A DNA stretch of 64,000 nucleotides from Lytechinus pictus (GCF_037042905.1 NC_087246.1:124001-188000); one strand, 5' to 3'; positions 39,701 through 52,522 are shown, counted from the stretch's first letter. A program made the numbers and translations. The notes: generated by a model from the sequence alone, not told the origin.

Positions 39701-41148
39701 CGGAAAGTCTTTTAAATTAAGGTTAATTGTCAAAATATTGTAGTTTGTACATAATCTAGATCTGGGCCCTGTATTACAAAGAGTTACGATTGATCCGATC
39801 AATCATAACTCTATGGAAATCCATCAGTGTCATAATTTTTTTCTACGAAAAATTTGCACAATGTCCTTAGTATGCAAAGAGAAGCGCAGCAAATTTTTGA
39901 GAAAACAATGAATGCATGAACATACATCATAGCTAGAAAATATTTTGAACAAACATGCTTAATACATGTAGATGTTAACGTTGCTGACCGTCCATAGTTG
40001 CGATTGATCGGATCAATCATAACTCTTTGTAAGACGGGGCCCTGGTAAATTAATGTAAACTTGTATCTTTGTAAAATCATGAATTTTGATCTTAAAATCA
40101 ATAATTCTGATGATCACTAACACAGAAAAGCATATGTGGGACAGGACAGTGTATTATGATTGATTTGAAAAATACCCCACATTTGATAAAATTACATGCT
40201 TATTTTTCTCATTTCTCAGCAATTACACATTTTCTTCCCGAGCTTTTTGGCACACATCTTTTATATATACATACACTTTGCTGGTAATTCTGTTGGATTC
40301 TGTTCGAACTCATTTTAAGATAGTTACTACTAGAGGTGCGCTATTAACTTAAGGCAACTGTGTAATGTAGGAAAAAATATACTGTATGTAAAAAAAAAAT
40401 ACCAGAGTTGCAAAGTTTTCAGGATTTATGGAAGCTTGCATTTGGGTGAAAGAATCATGCATCAATAAGTCTGATGAAAATAGTTTGTGGAACTGTTGTA
40501 TTACACTATCACTTAGAAGGAAAAGACAGTAGTTGCAGCAAACAATTATTTCTTGAGAAAATCTATAAAATCAAAGTTAATTGTCAATATATTGTACATA
40601 ATCTACATCTAGTACATTAATGTAAACTTGTATCTTTGTAAAATCATGAATTTTTAAACTTAAAATCGATAATTCTGATGATCGCTGTAAACACAGAAAA
40701 GCATATGTGGGACAGTGTATTAATATTATAATCGATTCGAAAAATACCTGACATTTGATAGAATTACATGCTTATTTTGCTCATTTCTCAGCAATTACGC
40801 ATTTTCTTCCCTACATGTAGCTACGTAGGCTTTTTATGTGAGCTGAGAGATTTCATACCAGATTTCCTTTGCTTGATAAAGTTCTTATGATAGTCTGTGT
40901 ATCAGCATAGCATGTGTTCAGTGTTTTGAACCCACTGGAAATTGTGCATCATATCTTTATGTATGGAAGTCATTTTGCGTCTGCGGTCTCCATGGTTTTT
41001 TCAGGATCTATGTGTTGACTAGACCAGTCCCATATTGATATTTTCGTGCTGTGTCACTTTGGAAGGCCGTCTCTAATTGGTTGACTGGTGAGTTGGCAGA
41101 TGCACAGCCCATCCCACTTTTCAATTATATCATTACGTAATCTCTAAC

Positions 41149-41565
41149 ATGTCTAAGATATCCACCAGATCAAGAGGCCGCTTGCACTCGGCTAACGCAT
41201 GTACACAATCCTCTGCTTTATCATTAACTGGATCTAAACAAAGCCCAGCATACATGTACCTAGATCATATTGATACAGTCGTTCAAAGAGCGGTGGCCGT
41301 GGCAATGGAACGCGAGAGACAAAAACTCAATGATGACATGGATAAGCGCGAAAATAAATTGCGTGAAATTCTTGATGAAAAGCTCACTAGTCTACACGTT
41401 CTTGAAATATCTATCGATACTAAATTGAAGCAACTCCGTGTTTTTGAAAAATTGGTTTCTGATAACATGACTAACACCATAATGCTTTGTCAAATAGGCT
41501 TGACCACATTGAGCAGTACTCCTGTCGCAATAATATCCGTATCCGTATGAGATTGTTCGAAATGT
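41149..41565 (+). pseudogene. Second copy of the frameshifted LINE ORF1-like fragment
   Basis: Near-identical peptide; the shifted frame reads NALSNRLDHIEQYSCRNNIRIR. Confidence 0.7.
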
Positions 41566-43747
41566 AGCAAAGCAGATTGGTATCGATCTTACTCCATGTG
41601 ACATTGATCGATCCCATCACCTTTGCCGACCAACTAGCAGTCATGATGTTCAACCCAAAGGATCATACCCCGGCGTGGCCCTGTAATGCCAACTTAGCAG
41701 CTCCACCAATCAATGTGAAATTCACTTCATACAGGCCGAAACAAACGATGATGAAAAATAGAGGAAAATGAAAATGCTCAGGAACAGATGACTGGGTGCA
41801 GGCAGGCAAGGCAGTTCAGGTGGGATGAAAATTTATTGGCAGGACACCTTCCGTTTCAAATTACAGCATCTGCAAAAATAACAGAAGAGGAGAAACATAA
41901 AAACTTTTTCTACATAAACTATTTATTAATCTTCATTAAAAACTAGATGGTTTCAATATTAATTTCCAATTTATTTTAAATGATTAAAAAACGATGTGGG
42001 GTTTGTTACATATTTTATACTTCAAATATTAACATGTTAAGTCAAGTCGGGGGGGGGGGGGCATGATGCCCTCAAGACCTTTAACCATCTCTGTATAAGG
42101 AAGGAAATTTTAGAATCAATTTATTTGACACATAAAACATATTATTTTTTTATAATTACAATTTTAATTCATGCCTTTTTTATGTGTTTTAAATGGTTAT
42201 GGGGTAACCAGGACTGTCAGGACCGAGAATTCGAACTTTGAGGCTGAAATACAGCCATTCCCTATGCCTGATTTGGCTTAAATTCAGGTCAAGGATCAAT
42301 TAAATATATATTTTGCAAAAAAAATCTGACAAATTTTGAGGTGGAATAAGTTTTCTGGCATCGCGAGATCGACCAATGCAAAATTTTATTAGCGCCAATT
42401 TACCATCTAAACTTGTCATTGAAATTAGAACGTCCAAACCGATCTAGTACCAGTACTAGCACAATGAATCAATCAGCTATGCATGTGCACCAATTCTGTA
42501 TTTCTTGCATACGTACGTCACTCGAGTTAAAGTTCATGTCATTGCGTTATATAGCGTGGGAATTGTAAGAAAGTGATCCTTCAAAATTTTTACCTTCCAA
42601 CAATTAAAATTTTTTTAAGCCTTTGTATGCATTTAGAGTACAAAAGCTTACAAATTGGACAAATTAAATGTTTGCCCCAAAATTATTGTGGGAAGGGTGG
42701 ATTTTCTAGGGAAATCCATCTTAGTGTACAAAGTTCTACAGGCAACAGAGACTTGTCTAGGCTCCGTGAATGAAAATACAATGAAAAAATATCACAGAGT
42801 CCTCGAAGTACAGTCAGGACCATTAACAGATTATAAGGTGCCCCGAGTTTGTGCACACCCAAATCTGCGTGATTCTGATAATAGAGATTCCCAATGATCC
42901 CCCCCCAAAAAAAAAGGCTTTACATCTGAAATAGCCTTCTAACTTACCTACTGCCCGATGCCTCCTATCATGTAGGGCAGCAACGAAGGATCTCCACTCC
43001 TGGCATCCAGCGATTCTGGGCCTTCTTCTGGAAACTCCCCCAGGCCAGGTCATATTCACTGACTTCATCTCCTCCTCAACTCCTCATGTGTGACACCGAG
43101 ACAGGTGGTTTTGTGTCTCCCTCTCTTTCTCCTGAAATGTCAAACAGATCTATTCATTAAAAATCTTACTCAAAATGGTGCTTTTGGTAGAAAAATAATG
43201 AATATAGGGCATTTCATGTGACGGCCTTAACCCTTATTAAACTGGGGGGGGGGGGTCAATTTGACCCCCCCCCCTCAACAAATTTCATCACTACGCTGTC
43301 GCGCAAAAAATTTTGATCGCGCCGCTCACTGACTTTTTACTTTCAAGTCTCGCGCAAATTTTGAGACCAAATTTGTGACGCCCGGGTACGCGGTTACGAC
43401 ATTACGCAACATTATGTAAGTGCATGTCAGACCCAAAATTGCTCATAATCATGATTTCATGTACAAATCCAATGCAAATTGTGTATTTAGCCAAAATTCA
43501 TAAATTTATCATTATTTCTACTTTTACTGATTAAACCTAATTGATTTTGCCTTGTTTATGATTAGAATTAAGTCTAGAACGATTTCCATCGAAAATACAA
43601 TAAAAAACAAAATGTAAAAAAACAAAGAAATACATGATTTAAAAAAAAATAAAATACATAAGAAATCGGTCTTGGTACCAGATTTTTTTTCATTCACAAT
43701 TGTTAGGAATGCTATAAAGAATATTTTCACCCAAAAAATAGCATTCT

Positions 43748-43828
43748 TCTTCTTCTTTCTTCTTCAAGCTACACTGCCTCCTTCAATCCTGAAGATTCTT
43801 GCAGTATTGTAGTACCGGGGACCGGCTC
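43748..43828 (-). mobile_element. Very short LINE 3' end with (GAA)n tail inserted in the piggyBac-like MITE
   Basis: CATTCT TSD (43742-43747, 43829-43834). Absent in the family member at ~61870. Confidence 0.7.
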
Positions 43829-45792
43829 CATTCTAGGAGCTTTATTTAGTGAATCAGAGCAAAAAGTATGATTTCATGAATAAATTAGCATAATTAATTC
43901 ATATAAAATAAAAAAAATATGAATTCAGTGAAATTTACCAATGCAACTACGTAGATTACGTCATTCTCTACCATCATGCAAATTTTCGTTGTGATCGTGC
44001 AATCCACGGCCGAGATCTTATAAGGGGGGGGGGGGCAATAATACCCCCCCCCCCCCCCGGGAATGACAAGAATCAAAATACCCCGGTAGATTTAGGATTT
44101 AAAAAATTGTCAGTACGGTACCGTATATCATCGAGGATCTACATAGTAATATGTAGATCTGGTACAGTTACATAAACTGAACTTTGTGAAATCTTGAAAT
44201 CTACGCTGAAAAATGTTCAAACTGAAGATCACCAACACAGATAAGAGCACGTGGGACAGTTATTATTGCTCTGATTAATGTCGGCCCGACGCTTGCCTTG
44301 GCTCGAGTTGACCCGAATCCTGTGACTGTGTGCTTTTTTGCTTATTTCGCAGCAATTACACAATTTCTTCCAGAATCCTTTGGCACATACGGAATATTAT
44401 TTATAAATATAGACAGACACTTTGGTGGTCATTTCATTGGATTCTGTACGAACTCATTTTGATATCGTTACCACAACTGGCATTTACCTTAAAGTGTGCA
44501 CTGTGTCTGTGCAGACTTGGGCCCTGAGCCCACCAGCGCAGCCTGTCCTATTCAGCATGCCGGCGCTCGGGGCTGCCACCCCGGCCGGGCAGTGTCAGTG
44601 CACGAAATCTAAAGCCAAAGGCAAGCCGCGCTCCGAAAAGAAAATCTTAGAAGATGGTTATCTAACTTACTGTTTGGTCTCCTGCGAATGCCTTCGAAGT
44701 CGTTATCCAAATCTGAACCGTGTTCTTAAAGTAGTAGAACTATTATTAACGGCCATCTTCGTCGCACTTAATTCTCGATCCAAAATTAGGCTGCAACATT
44801 TAACGGCGAAAAACGGGCGCGTTCCTCTGTTCCTTTTTCAAATTAAATGGTTGCGACTGCGCCAGTTGTTATGTTGCATGCAGTGCAGCGCGCATGCGCA
44901 GGCTCGACGCCCGGCGGCGAATTAATTCTGCGGATCATGAATTTTTTATAGGGGGTGAGCCCGGGGGGCGTGCATGGGGGGGGGGGGTGAGCTAACTAGA
45001 TAGGGGGTTTGCATGACACCGGGGCATGACACCACTTGCGAAAAAAAAGTTTTAAAATAGATACAAACTTCTTTGACATATAAAGCTTCCTCTTGTTTGG
45101 TTTGGTTGGCAACCAGTTAAGAAATGATTATTTTTGCCACTGCTTTTGAAACTTTTTTTCTTTGAAGAATATACTTTACCTAAAATAAAAAAAATTCTGT
45201 ACTATTTTTTTTTAGTTTTACTTTTCCTTTTATAAGTAGAAATAGCCTTGCCAACATGGCAAGGTTGAAAAAATGGCAAAATAGTATGTGGCTTTGAAAT
45301 TAAACTTGTAAATTTCCTCGTCGTTGATTGGTAAAATTTGATGTCATAATCACGTCGTAATGTGGTCATATGAAAACGCAAATTTCTTTGTCGTTGTTTG
45401 GTAAATAAATGATGTCATAATCACGTCATAATGTGGTCATATAAAAATGCAAATTCATTTGTTGCAGATTGGTCGATAAATGACGTCGTAATCACGTAAT
45501 AATCTGGTCATATAAGAAAGCAAATTTACTTGTCGTAAATTGGTCAGTAAATGACATCGTAATGACGTCATAGTCTGGTCATATAAGCGAGCAAATTTAC
45601 TTGTCGTAAATTGGTCAGTAAATGACGTCGAAATCACGTCATAATCTGGTCAAATAAAAATGCAGATGAAAGTTGCCATTCTAAGTCGTCAAAATGACGT
45701 CGTAAGAACGTCATAAATACGACGACATGACGAGTATTACCACTTTACGATCAGTTAATGACGTCATTACGACCGTGTCTGCTATCAGGGCA

Positions 45793-46220
45793 CAGTGGCG
45801 TACCGTGTGTCACGGCATGGGGGGACCAGCAAAAAAAAATGAGTATACTAATAGAGGCATTTTAAGGGCAGTGCCATTAAACGGATATGTATATTACTGA
45901 TAAAAAATAATGCGAGCGCCAAGCGCGAGCTGAAAATCTTTGATATTCAGACCTAAAAAGGGACACAAGCATTTTTTTGTAATTATGATACGTGCCCGTC
46001 TCGCTAAACAATGCAAAACTGCTGAAATGTTTGTATTTATTGACCCCAAACAGGGACATTTTAAGGACAATAGGCCTATTTTAGGAATCCATATCCATGT
46101 ACATATCTCAAAAGCTACGTTTCTCTTCCCTTCTCCCTCTTTTTCTCCTTTTCCCGTTTTTTAAATATTTTTGCCAGCCGAGGGGGGGGGGTGCCCCCAT
46201 GTCCCCCGTAGTTACTCCAC
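45793..46220. mobile_element. hAT-like MITE (CAGTGGCGTA..TACTCCACTG)
   Basis: Imperfect TIRs with adjacent G/C runs. Confidence 0.6.
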
Positions 46221-46664
46221 TGATTGGTGAGATATGTCTACTCTTCATGACACGAGCGTAAATCCAGAGGGGGGGTGGGGGTATGCATCCCCTCCCCCCC
46301 ACACTTTTCAACACAGAAAAAAAATATTCTTTAATTATCAAATGGTCAATAACTTTTAGTATGTGGATTTATCTTTAAATGCAGTCAAGGTGCTTAAATT
46401 GGCCAAGTTTTTCCATTTTAAAGATGAAAAATTTCTCACTCGGCCGCTCTGCCCCGCGCTTAATCTAATTTGGCCTTGACAATCACTACGTTTAGCTTAT
46501 TGCAGAGGTTAATTTATATCCACTGCGTAATGGGAATATGTTTATAATAATTCAATTTTTTAATATAAGATTCCAATGACTTTTAAATATGATGATAACT
46601 ATGGACCTTAAACGAATCAAACATCCTTTAAATATACACTTTCGTGAATATGGGGGAGGGGCTG

Positions 46665-47051
46665 TCATAACTTGGAATCTCTGTGGAAGCGCAGGAATTT
46701 TTCACCAAAATATAGGCTCAGTCTTCTTCGTTTCTTCCGAAGAAATGGCGAAGCATAGCTGGTCACTTTCACTTTCCTCCCCAGGTAAACATTGATTCTA
46801 CTAATTTTCTTTAATTTGGATTTATTTTCAATTACATTTGAATTGCTTTCAGATAATTTTGAAATTATTCTGCAACATCTGTCGCAAATGAATTTTTTTG
46901 ATTTTTGATCTGGTGTCACTTTAATTCCCAATGATTCGACAGCGTCAGCAGTGGTGTAATCACGGTGATCCAATTTTGCATTCAAAGATCTTCTTTTATT
47001 AGGATGATCATTCAAATTACGGTCACAATTACAACACCAGTAGTCAGCCAT
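46665..47051 (-). pseudogene. 128-aa ORF with CxxC...CxxC (zf-AD-like) domain and basic tail; probable N-terminus of a transposon protein
   Basis: ATG start MADYWCCNCD...FICDRCCRIISKL...RKKRRR. Lies about 500 bp inside the right end of the 9-bp-TSD element. Confidence 0.6.
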
Positions 47052-47773
47052 AATTACTAAAATGAATTAATGAATCAAATAAAATTACCACCAGCAATCA
47101 GCACACCTAACGTTATACATGGCAATATACGAATAAAATAATACGATACGATACACTACACGAAGATAAACGATACTAGTTATAATCGCGATAAATCGAG
47201 ACATGAAAAAGTTAATAACGATAATGACGTCATTCAAGATGGCAACTTGCAAGAAAAACCGTCAGGTCAGGTGAAAATGTCTTAGATGACAGATTTCTCA
47301 ATCATCCAGAGGATTTTTTTCAATAACTCCGGCCCAAGGTATGCAATTAGCTTAAGTTATCTATATTACACTGATAATGGAAACCATGAAAATGTCAATT
47401 TTGCCTAAAAAAAGTTTTAAATCGCGATCTATAAAACGCTAGTTCACTATACGTTGGCTGTAGCCAGGGGCCCCCTCCGCTTCAGTCTATGTATGGTGAG
47501 TGAGCCAACGCAGTTCAGCGGAACAACCAAAATACAGAGACTGAAGCTTTTGGTCTACAATAATAGTAACTCTGGCACAGCACACAGGCACACGTTATTT
47601 TAATAGTTAGATGGAGATAGCAACAGTGATAGACCTGGAAACACGACTGCATAAGTAATTGCATTTTTCCAGTAGATCCGGTAATAAAGTAATAAAGGTA
47701 ATAATAAAGTAAATACGTGACTAGTACTATACTAATAACACTAACCTCGCAATACGTGTGAGTGAGTCTAGCC

Positions 47774-47918
47774 TACCTTGCCTTGCTCAAGCGATGTTCG
47801 TGCAGACTCCACTTCACTACCGCTAACCTACGGCTACTCTCTCCGGTAGGTGGAGCGAGCGTAGGGTAGCGGTAGTGAAGTGGAGCCTGCACGAACATCG
47901 CTCGAGCAAGTCGAGGTA
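47774..47918. repeat. Near-perfect GC-rich palindrome / mini-MITE
   Basis: Arms of about 59 bp: TACCTTGCCTTGCTCAAGCGATGTTCGTGCAGACTCCACTTCACTACCGCTA.CCTACG vs its reverse complement, with few mismatches. Confidence 0.9.
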
Positions 47919-48126
47919 CACCGGGAAGTCTAGCCTTTTCTCTTACGGTAGATTAAACCATTTTTAAATACAACAAAACGATTATGAAGCGTAACTAACC
48001 TCACAAGTACTTTTATTAAATGCACTGATAGATACTTAGATATACTTAGTTACAACTTACCTAACTTGACACTGACAGATCGATTTGTCCGATTCGATAC
48101 AGCATAACAACAGAACGCCAGGTACG

Positions 48127-48255
48127 CCGGCCGGCGAATATTTTTTCCGTACATGGAAACGCTATGGTACATGAATTATTCATAAGTTGAGCTAAAAATC
48201 TGAAGTGCGCAGGCGCATGGACTTAATGATAGTTCTATAGCTTCATCAATTTGTA
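48127..48255 (-). promoter_or_regulatory. Duplicated promoter-like block (leftward copy)
   Basis: Almost identical reverse complement of 52523-52650. NRF1-like TGCGCCTGCGCA motif. A minus-strand AG|GTAAGT donor follows at ~48060. Confidence 0.55.
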
Positions 48256-49238
48256 CATGAACGAATGGACGAACACACTCTTGTACATAAATGAATGGTC
48301 TCCATCCAATCCCCCGCTTTCTGAAGTTTCGATTTCTCTTCCCCTCTCTCTCTCCATCAATCTCTCTCCCTTCCTCTCTCTCGCACTGAATGTCCTCGCC
48401 ATCCCCTCCATCTAAATTTCTGTTCCTTATTTTTCTAGCCAAGTTCTTTTTTTCTTTGGTCTCCATCCCAATCCCCCGCTTTCTGAAGTTTTGATTTCTC
48501 TCTCTCCCCCTCTCTCTCGCAATCTCTCTCCCTTCCTCTCTCTTAGCACACTCTCTCTGCTTTATGAATCATGAATGAATTGACTCGCATAATGTTCTCG
48601 CAACCCCACCCCCATCTAAATCTCTGTTCCTTACTGAACACGTCATGTCAGCCAAGTTCTCCCTCTCTCATGTATCTGTTGCTCTCTCTCTCCCCTCTCT
48701 CCATTGATTAGGCCTATAACTTTTAGAAATGCTTTGATGCATATACCTTTGGGAAATACAAAATTAATGTTGAATTTAAATGTTGATCGGGATTCATGAA
48801 GACTTGAAATCTCAAGAGCTTCAAGCTAGTAATTTCAGTTTGAGTGATTTACTTTCCCCGAATCCCCACGTCACATATTCCTTGCAGACAGATATAAACC
48901 CATATAAATCTTTTTGTGGGGGCTGACCGAGGTCACTTAATAGTTTTTTTTTTACAAAATCATAGTATACTGTATAACGAGTACAAGGGAATTATTGTCC
49001 GAATGGTGCTGTATACAAAAATATGTCTACACTCTAAAAATAGTTGGGCAAAAATTTCCAACTTTTAATCAACCCTGGGCAACATACTGTCCACACAACT
49101 ATTGGTTAAAATCTGTCCAAATTGGGTAATAAATTTGTTCAGTTAGATTGCCCAGAAAATATAGTTTTTATTACCAACACAGTGCACAGTATGTTGCCCA
49201 ACATTTTAAGTGTGTATGGTGAGAGAGGAAAGACAAAA

Positions 49239-49836
49239 CGGTTACACTTCGTAATTCCGAAGGTTCATAATTCCGAAGGTTCTTTATTCATGTTATTCCG
49301 ACGGTTCGTAATTCCGAAACACGTAAATTGCCTATACCTCGATGTTGGTTAATCCGAAAACGTAAAAGGGTTCGTTAACCCGAACATTTGTGGCGTTATT
49401 CCGAAGGTTCGATAATCCGAAACGAAATAAGGTTCGATGTTCCGAAGGTTCGTCAATCCGAAAACGACATAAGGTTCGTTGTTCCGAAGGTTCGTTAATC
49501 CGAAAAGGAAATAAGGTTCGTTGTTCCTAAGGTTCGTTAGTCCGAAAACGAAATAAGGTTCGTTAATCATTAGTTTTCGGACTAACGAACCTTCGGAATT
49601 ACGAACCTCATTTCGTTTTCGGATTAACGAACCTTCGGAATTACGAACCTCACTTCTTTTTCGGACTAACGAACCTTCGGAATTACGAACCTTATTTCGT
49701 TTTCGGACTAACGAACCTTCGGAATTACGAACCTTCGGAAATACGAACCTTCGGAAATACGAACCTTCGGAATAACGAATCTTCGGAATATCCAATCCTT
49801 CGGAATAACGAAGCTTCGGAATTACGAATGTATGCG
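49239..49836. mobile_element. MITE built from TTCCGAAGGTTCG subterminal repeats, 8-bp TSD
   Basis: Repeats change orientation at ~49570. AGACAAAA at 49231-49238 and 49837-49844. Confidence 0.88.
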
Positions 49837-50655
49837 AGACAAAACATGAGCTAGACAGGAGAGACAAATTGCTAGGGCGTTATCTCAGAACCCATCAGTT
49901 AATGAAACTTGATAATCTGTCTTATTTCGTCTATGCCTGTAGAAATTATGTAATTTGTTGGACCAAAATAAGAATAAAAAACAATCAGAATTTAATCATT
50001 TATTTTTATTTTTTTAAATATCTTTATACAGGATAACAAGCTCAAAATGTTTTTCAGCATGCATGGTCCTGTTAACAAGAAATAACAATATATACATAAT
50101 TTGTATAAATTATTGCAAAACCATCCATTGCACAAATTGAATGCTTAAGATATTGCATACAAATATTTCAGAGCTATTTGCCGGATAGAATTCATGAAGA
50201 TATAATATCCTAAAAAATGGCAAGGCTTGCAATCATCATCTGACCATATCGATATTAAAAATGATGAAAAGTGTAAAGTTACTTTTTGTCAATGACCGAG
50301 TGAGGAATTAAAGGTTTTCTGAATACTTACCCCCAAAATGATAATGAACTTGCGACTTTTTATGATTAAAAATATATTGGACATTATTATATTGCGTAAC
50401 ATGAAAAAGGTCCATCATAATTAATAGACCCACTGTAAAGCCGATATGAATTGTTTTGTGTTTTTTTTTTGTTTGGGGGGGGGGGTTGTGGCCTGTGGGG
50501 GGCGTTTTTAAAGTTAATTTTGTTTTAGTTTTATTAAAGTAGGCTTACTAGGTGTATCCTTGGGAAAGGGCAGGCTATATCTGTCCCTGCTGTTAAACTT
50601 TGGTGATTTTGGTATAGCTCTTGGATATAACCAAATTTATCAGTAGAACAATAAT

Positions 50656-51418
50656 CAGTGGCGGCACCAAGGGGGGGGGGGGCATTTGCCCCCAGTCAAG
50701 ATCATTGCCCCCCCCCCCCCATAAAATTTTGAAAACAGAAGAAAGAAATGAAGTAAATGATGTCATAAACATCCTACTTAAGCTATAAAGTGCTCCAAAG
50801 CAACATTTTTTACTCTTCAAATAACGAAATTTTGTAATCATGCCACTGTTAGCTCCCAACAAATTTTTCAGGTCATTATATAAAATTCAAAATTTCGTCG
50901 CGCTTCGCGCTCGCAGTGGCTGTCGATTGAGATGAATAAATGCGCTCAATAGGATAACATGGGACTTAAAAATCCAGTTTTCAAGTCAATTTGCACAAAT
51001 TCTTCTAGAGATTCGAGTTTTCATTATTTGTTTAAGCAAGATATACGCATCCTGCATGCATGTTCATAACATTAAAAATAAATTGCTGAATGTCAAACTT
51101 TTTAAGCTACGCGCTCGCATCCATTGTTTAGTGTGATACCCATCCTGTTCATCATTTTACAAAAAAAGTGCTTAAATAACGTCAAGTTATCACATCAGGA
51201 TGTTTTTTTTAGCTAGCACTTTACACTCGCATTATATATTGGAGAGATATCATCTTTACAGTTCTTAACAGGTCCATTTCCCAGTCAGTAGCGCCTATAT
51301 TAGAAATGTTAGCTCGTGCTTCGCGCTCGCGATTTTGTGAAATAGGCCAAAAAAAAATAATGTCCGCCTTTGCCCCCCCCCCCCCCTCCCCCGTTTGAAA
51401 ATCCTGGTGCCTCTACTG
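50656..51418. mobile_element. hAT-like non-autonomous element
   Basis: TIR CAGTGGCGGCACCA / TGGTGCCTCTACTG. GAACAATAAT on both flanks. Internal GCGCTTCGCGCTCGC repeats. Confidence 0.75.
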
Positions 51419-52522
51419 GGAACAATAATTTCTTCAATTGGTCAGCAGATAGTCAGTAGGGGGCCTACATGTGAAACCATCCCCCCCCCTCCCACATGCC
51501 CCCAAGAATGAAAATACATCCCTACATTACAATACAATTTTATTAGTAGTGCACTATTATTTTAATTTTTTGGCTATCATCCATATTCTTCTTAATTGTT
51601 ATCATTATTATTTATATTGTTATTATTATCATTATTAATATTATTATTAGTAGTAGTATCATTATTATTAGTATTATTATTATCATTATAATTATCAAGT
51701 CCTGCATTGTTTATGCAGGATTATATAGCCTAGCTGCAGACTGTTCACTCAGAGGGCCCTGTTACATGTCCACAAATACAAAAAGCAAAGAGCAACCAAA
51801 AATATAACGATGCAAAAAAAGAAAATAGGCCTATAAAAACATATTGTAAGTTTTCAAAAAGACAAAATAAAAATCACGAAGACAACTTATAATTTTCAAT
51901 AAAAAGAAAAAATCACATGGTAGCACTTGGAGCTAGGGTTGACAAATTAAACTATGTCTTGTAAAAGCAAAATGAATGAAAAGAGCTTCATACCTGAAAG
52001 ATTACACGACTTAAACTGCATGCAAGTATAGCGTATAATATTATGCGAATTGTTTAGGTTTAGATTTGCACAAGAAACTCTTTATTGAATATGAAAAAAA
52101 AATCGAACAACGTGATTGTGTAAACCAATATAGCGATGGAAAATGATATTCAGAGTGCATGAGAAAGTTGCCTTTGAGACCCCTGGTTTTCTTGACAGAG
52201 TGAGGAAAACTTCAGCTGTGCGAATATTTAGCTGTTATATCAATTAGTAAAGACTAGAGTAGATCGACAAATTTGAGCGGGGAGCGAGGGTGGGTGGAGG
52301 GAAAAGGCGAGATGGAATAGAAGGGGAGAGATTCATTGTAAGAGGGAAATTGAGAGAAACAGATAAGAGTGCCCGTAAGAGTGCAAGAGGGGGGAGAGTG
52401 AAACTAGAGGGAGGAGGGTGTGGCAAGGACATTATGCGAGTCCAATCATCAGTCATGTTTCATAAAGAAACAGAGATGGAGAGAGGGATTTCATGCAAGG
52501 GGGGAGAGCAAAGAAAAAAAAA

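Larger units (their letters stand above)
38364..45790. mobile_element. Large CACTA/EnSpm-like transposon, copy 2 (inverted relative to copy 1)
   Basis: Same TIRs and a nearly identical reverse-complement interior; the ORF track shows matching peptides on opposite strands. Lacks the 20369-21932 and SINE insertions. TSD not clean. Confidence 0.9.
36132..47557. mobile_element. Decayed AcademH-like (helicase-encoding) DNA transposon with nested insertions
   Basis: TAGAC..GTCTA termini and a perfect 9-bp TSD CAATAATAG (36123-36131, 47558-47566). RecQ-like exon near the left end and a convergent Cys4 ORF near the right end. The same ends bound 53676-54520. Confidence 0.8.

Noticed and set aside
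44422..44925. 167-aa ORF
   Set aside because: Non-ATG start in a GC-rich promoter-like patch, no domain, and disrupted in the other copy by the SINE and indels.
38364..45790. Assembly fold-back artefact
   Set aside because: The copies differ by private insertions and indels, and homology ends precisely at the TIRs.
49349..49867. 172-aa repetitive ORF
   Set aside because: Derived from MITE subterminal repeats bounded by an 8-bp TSD.
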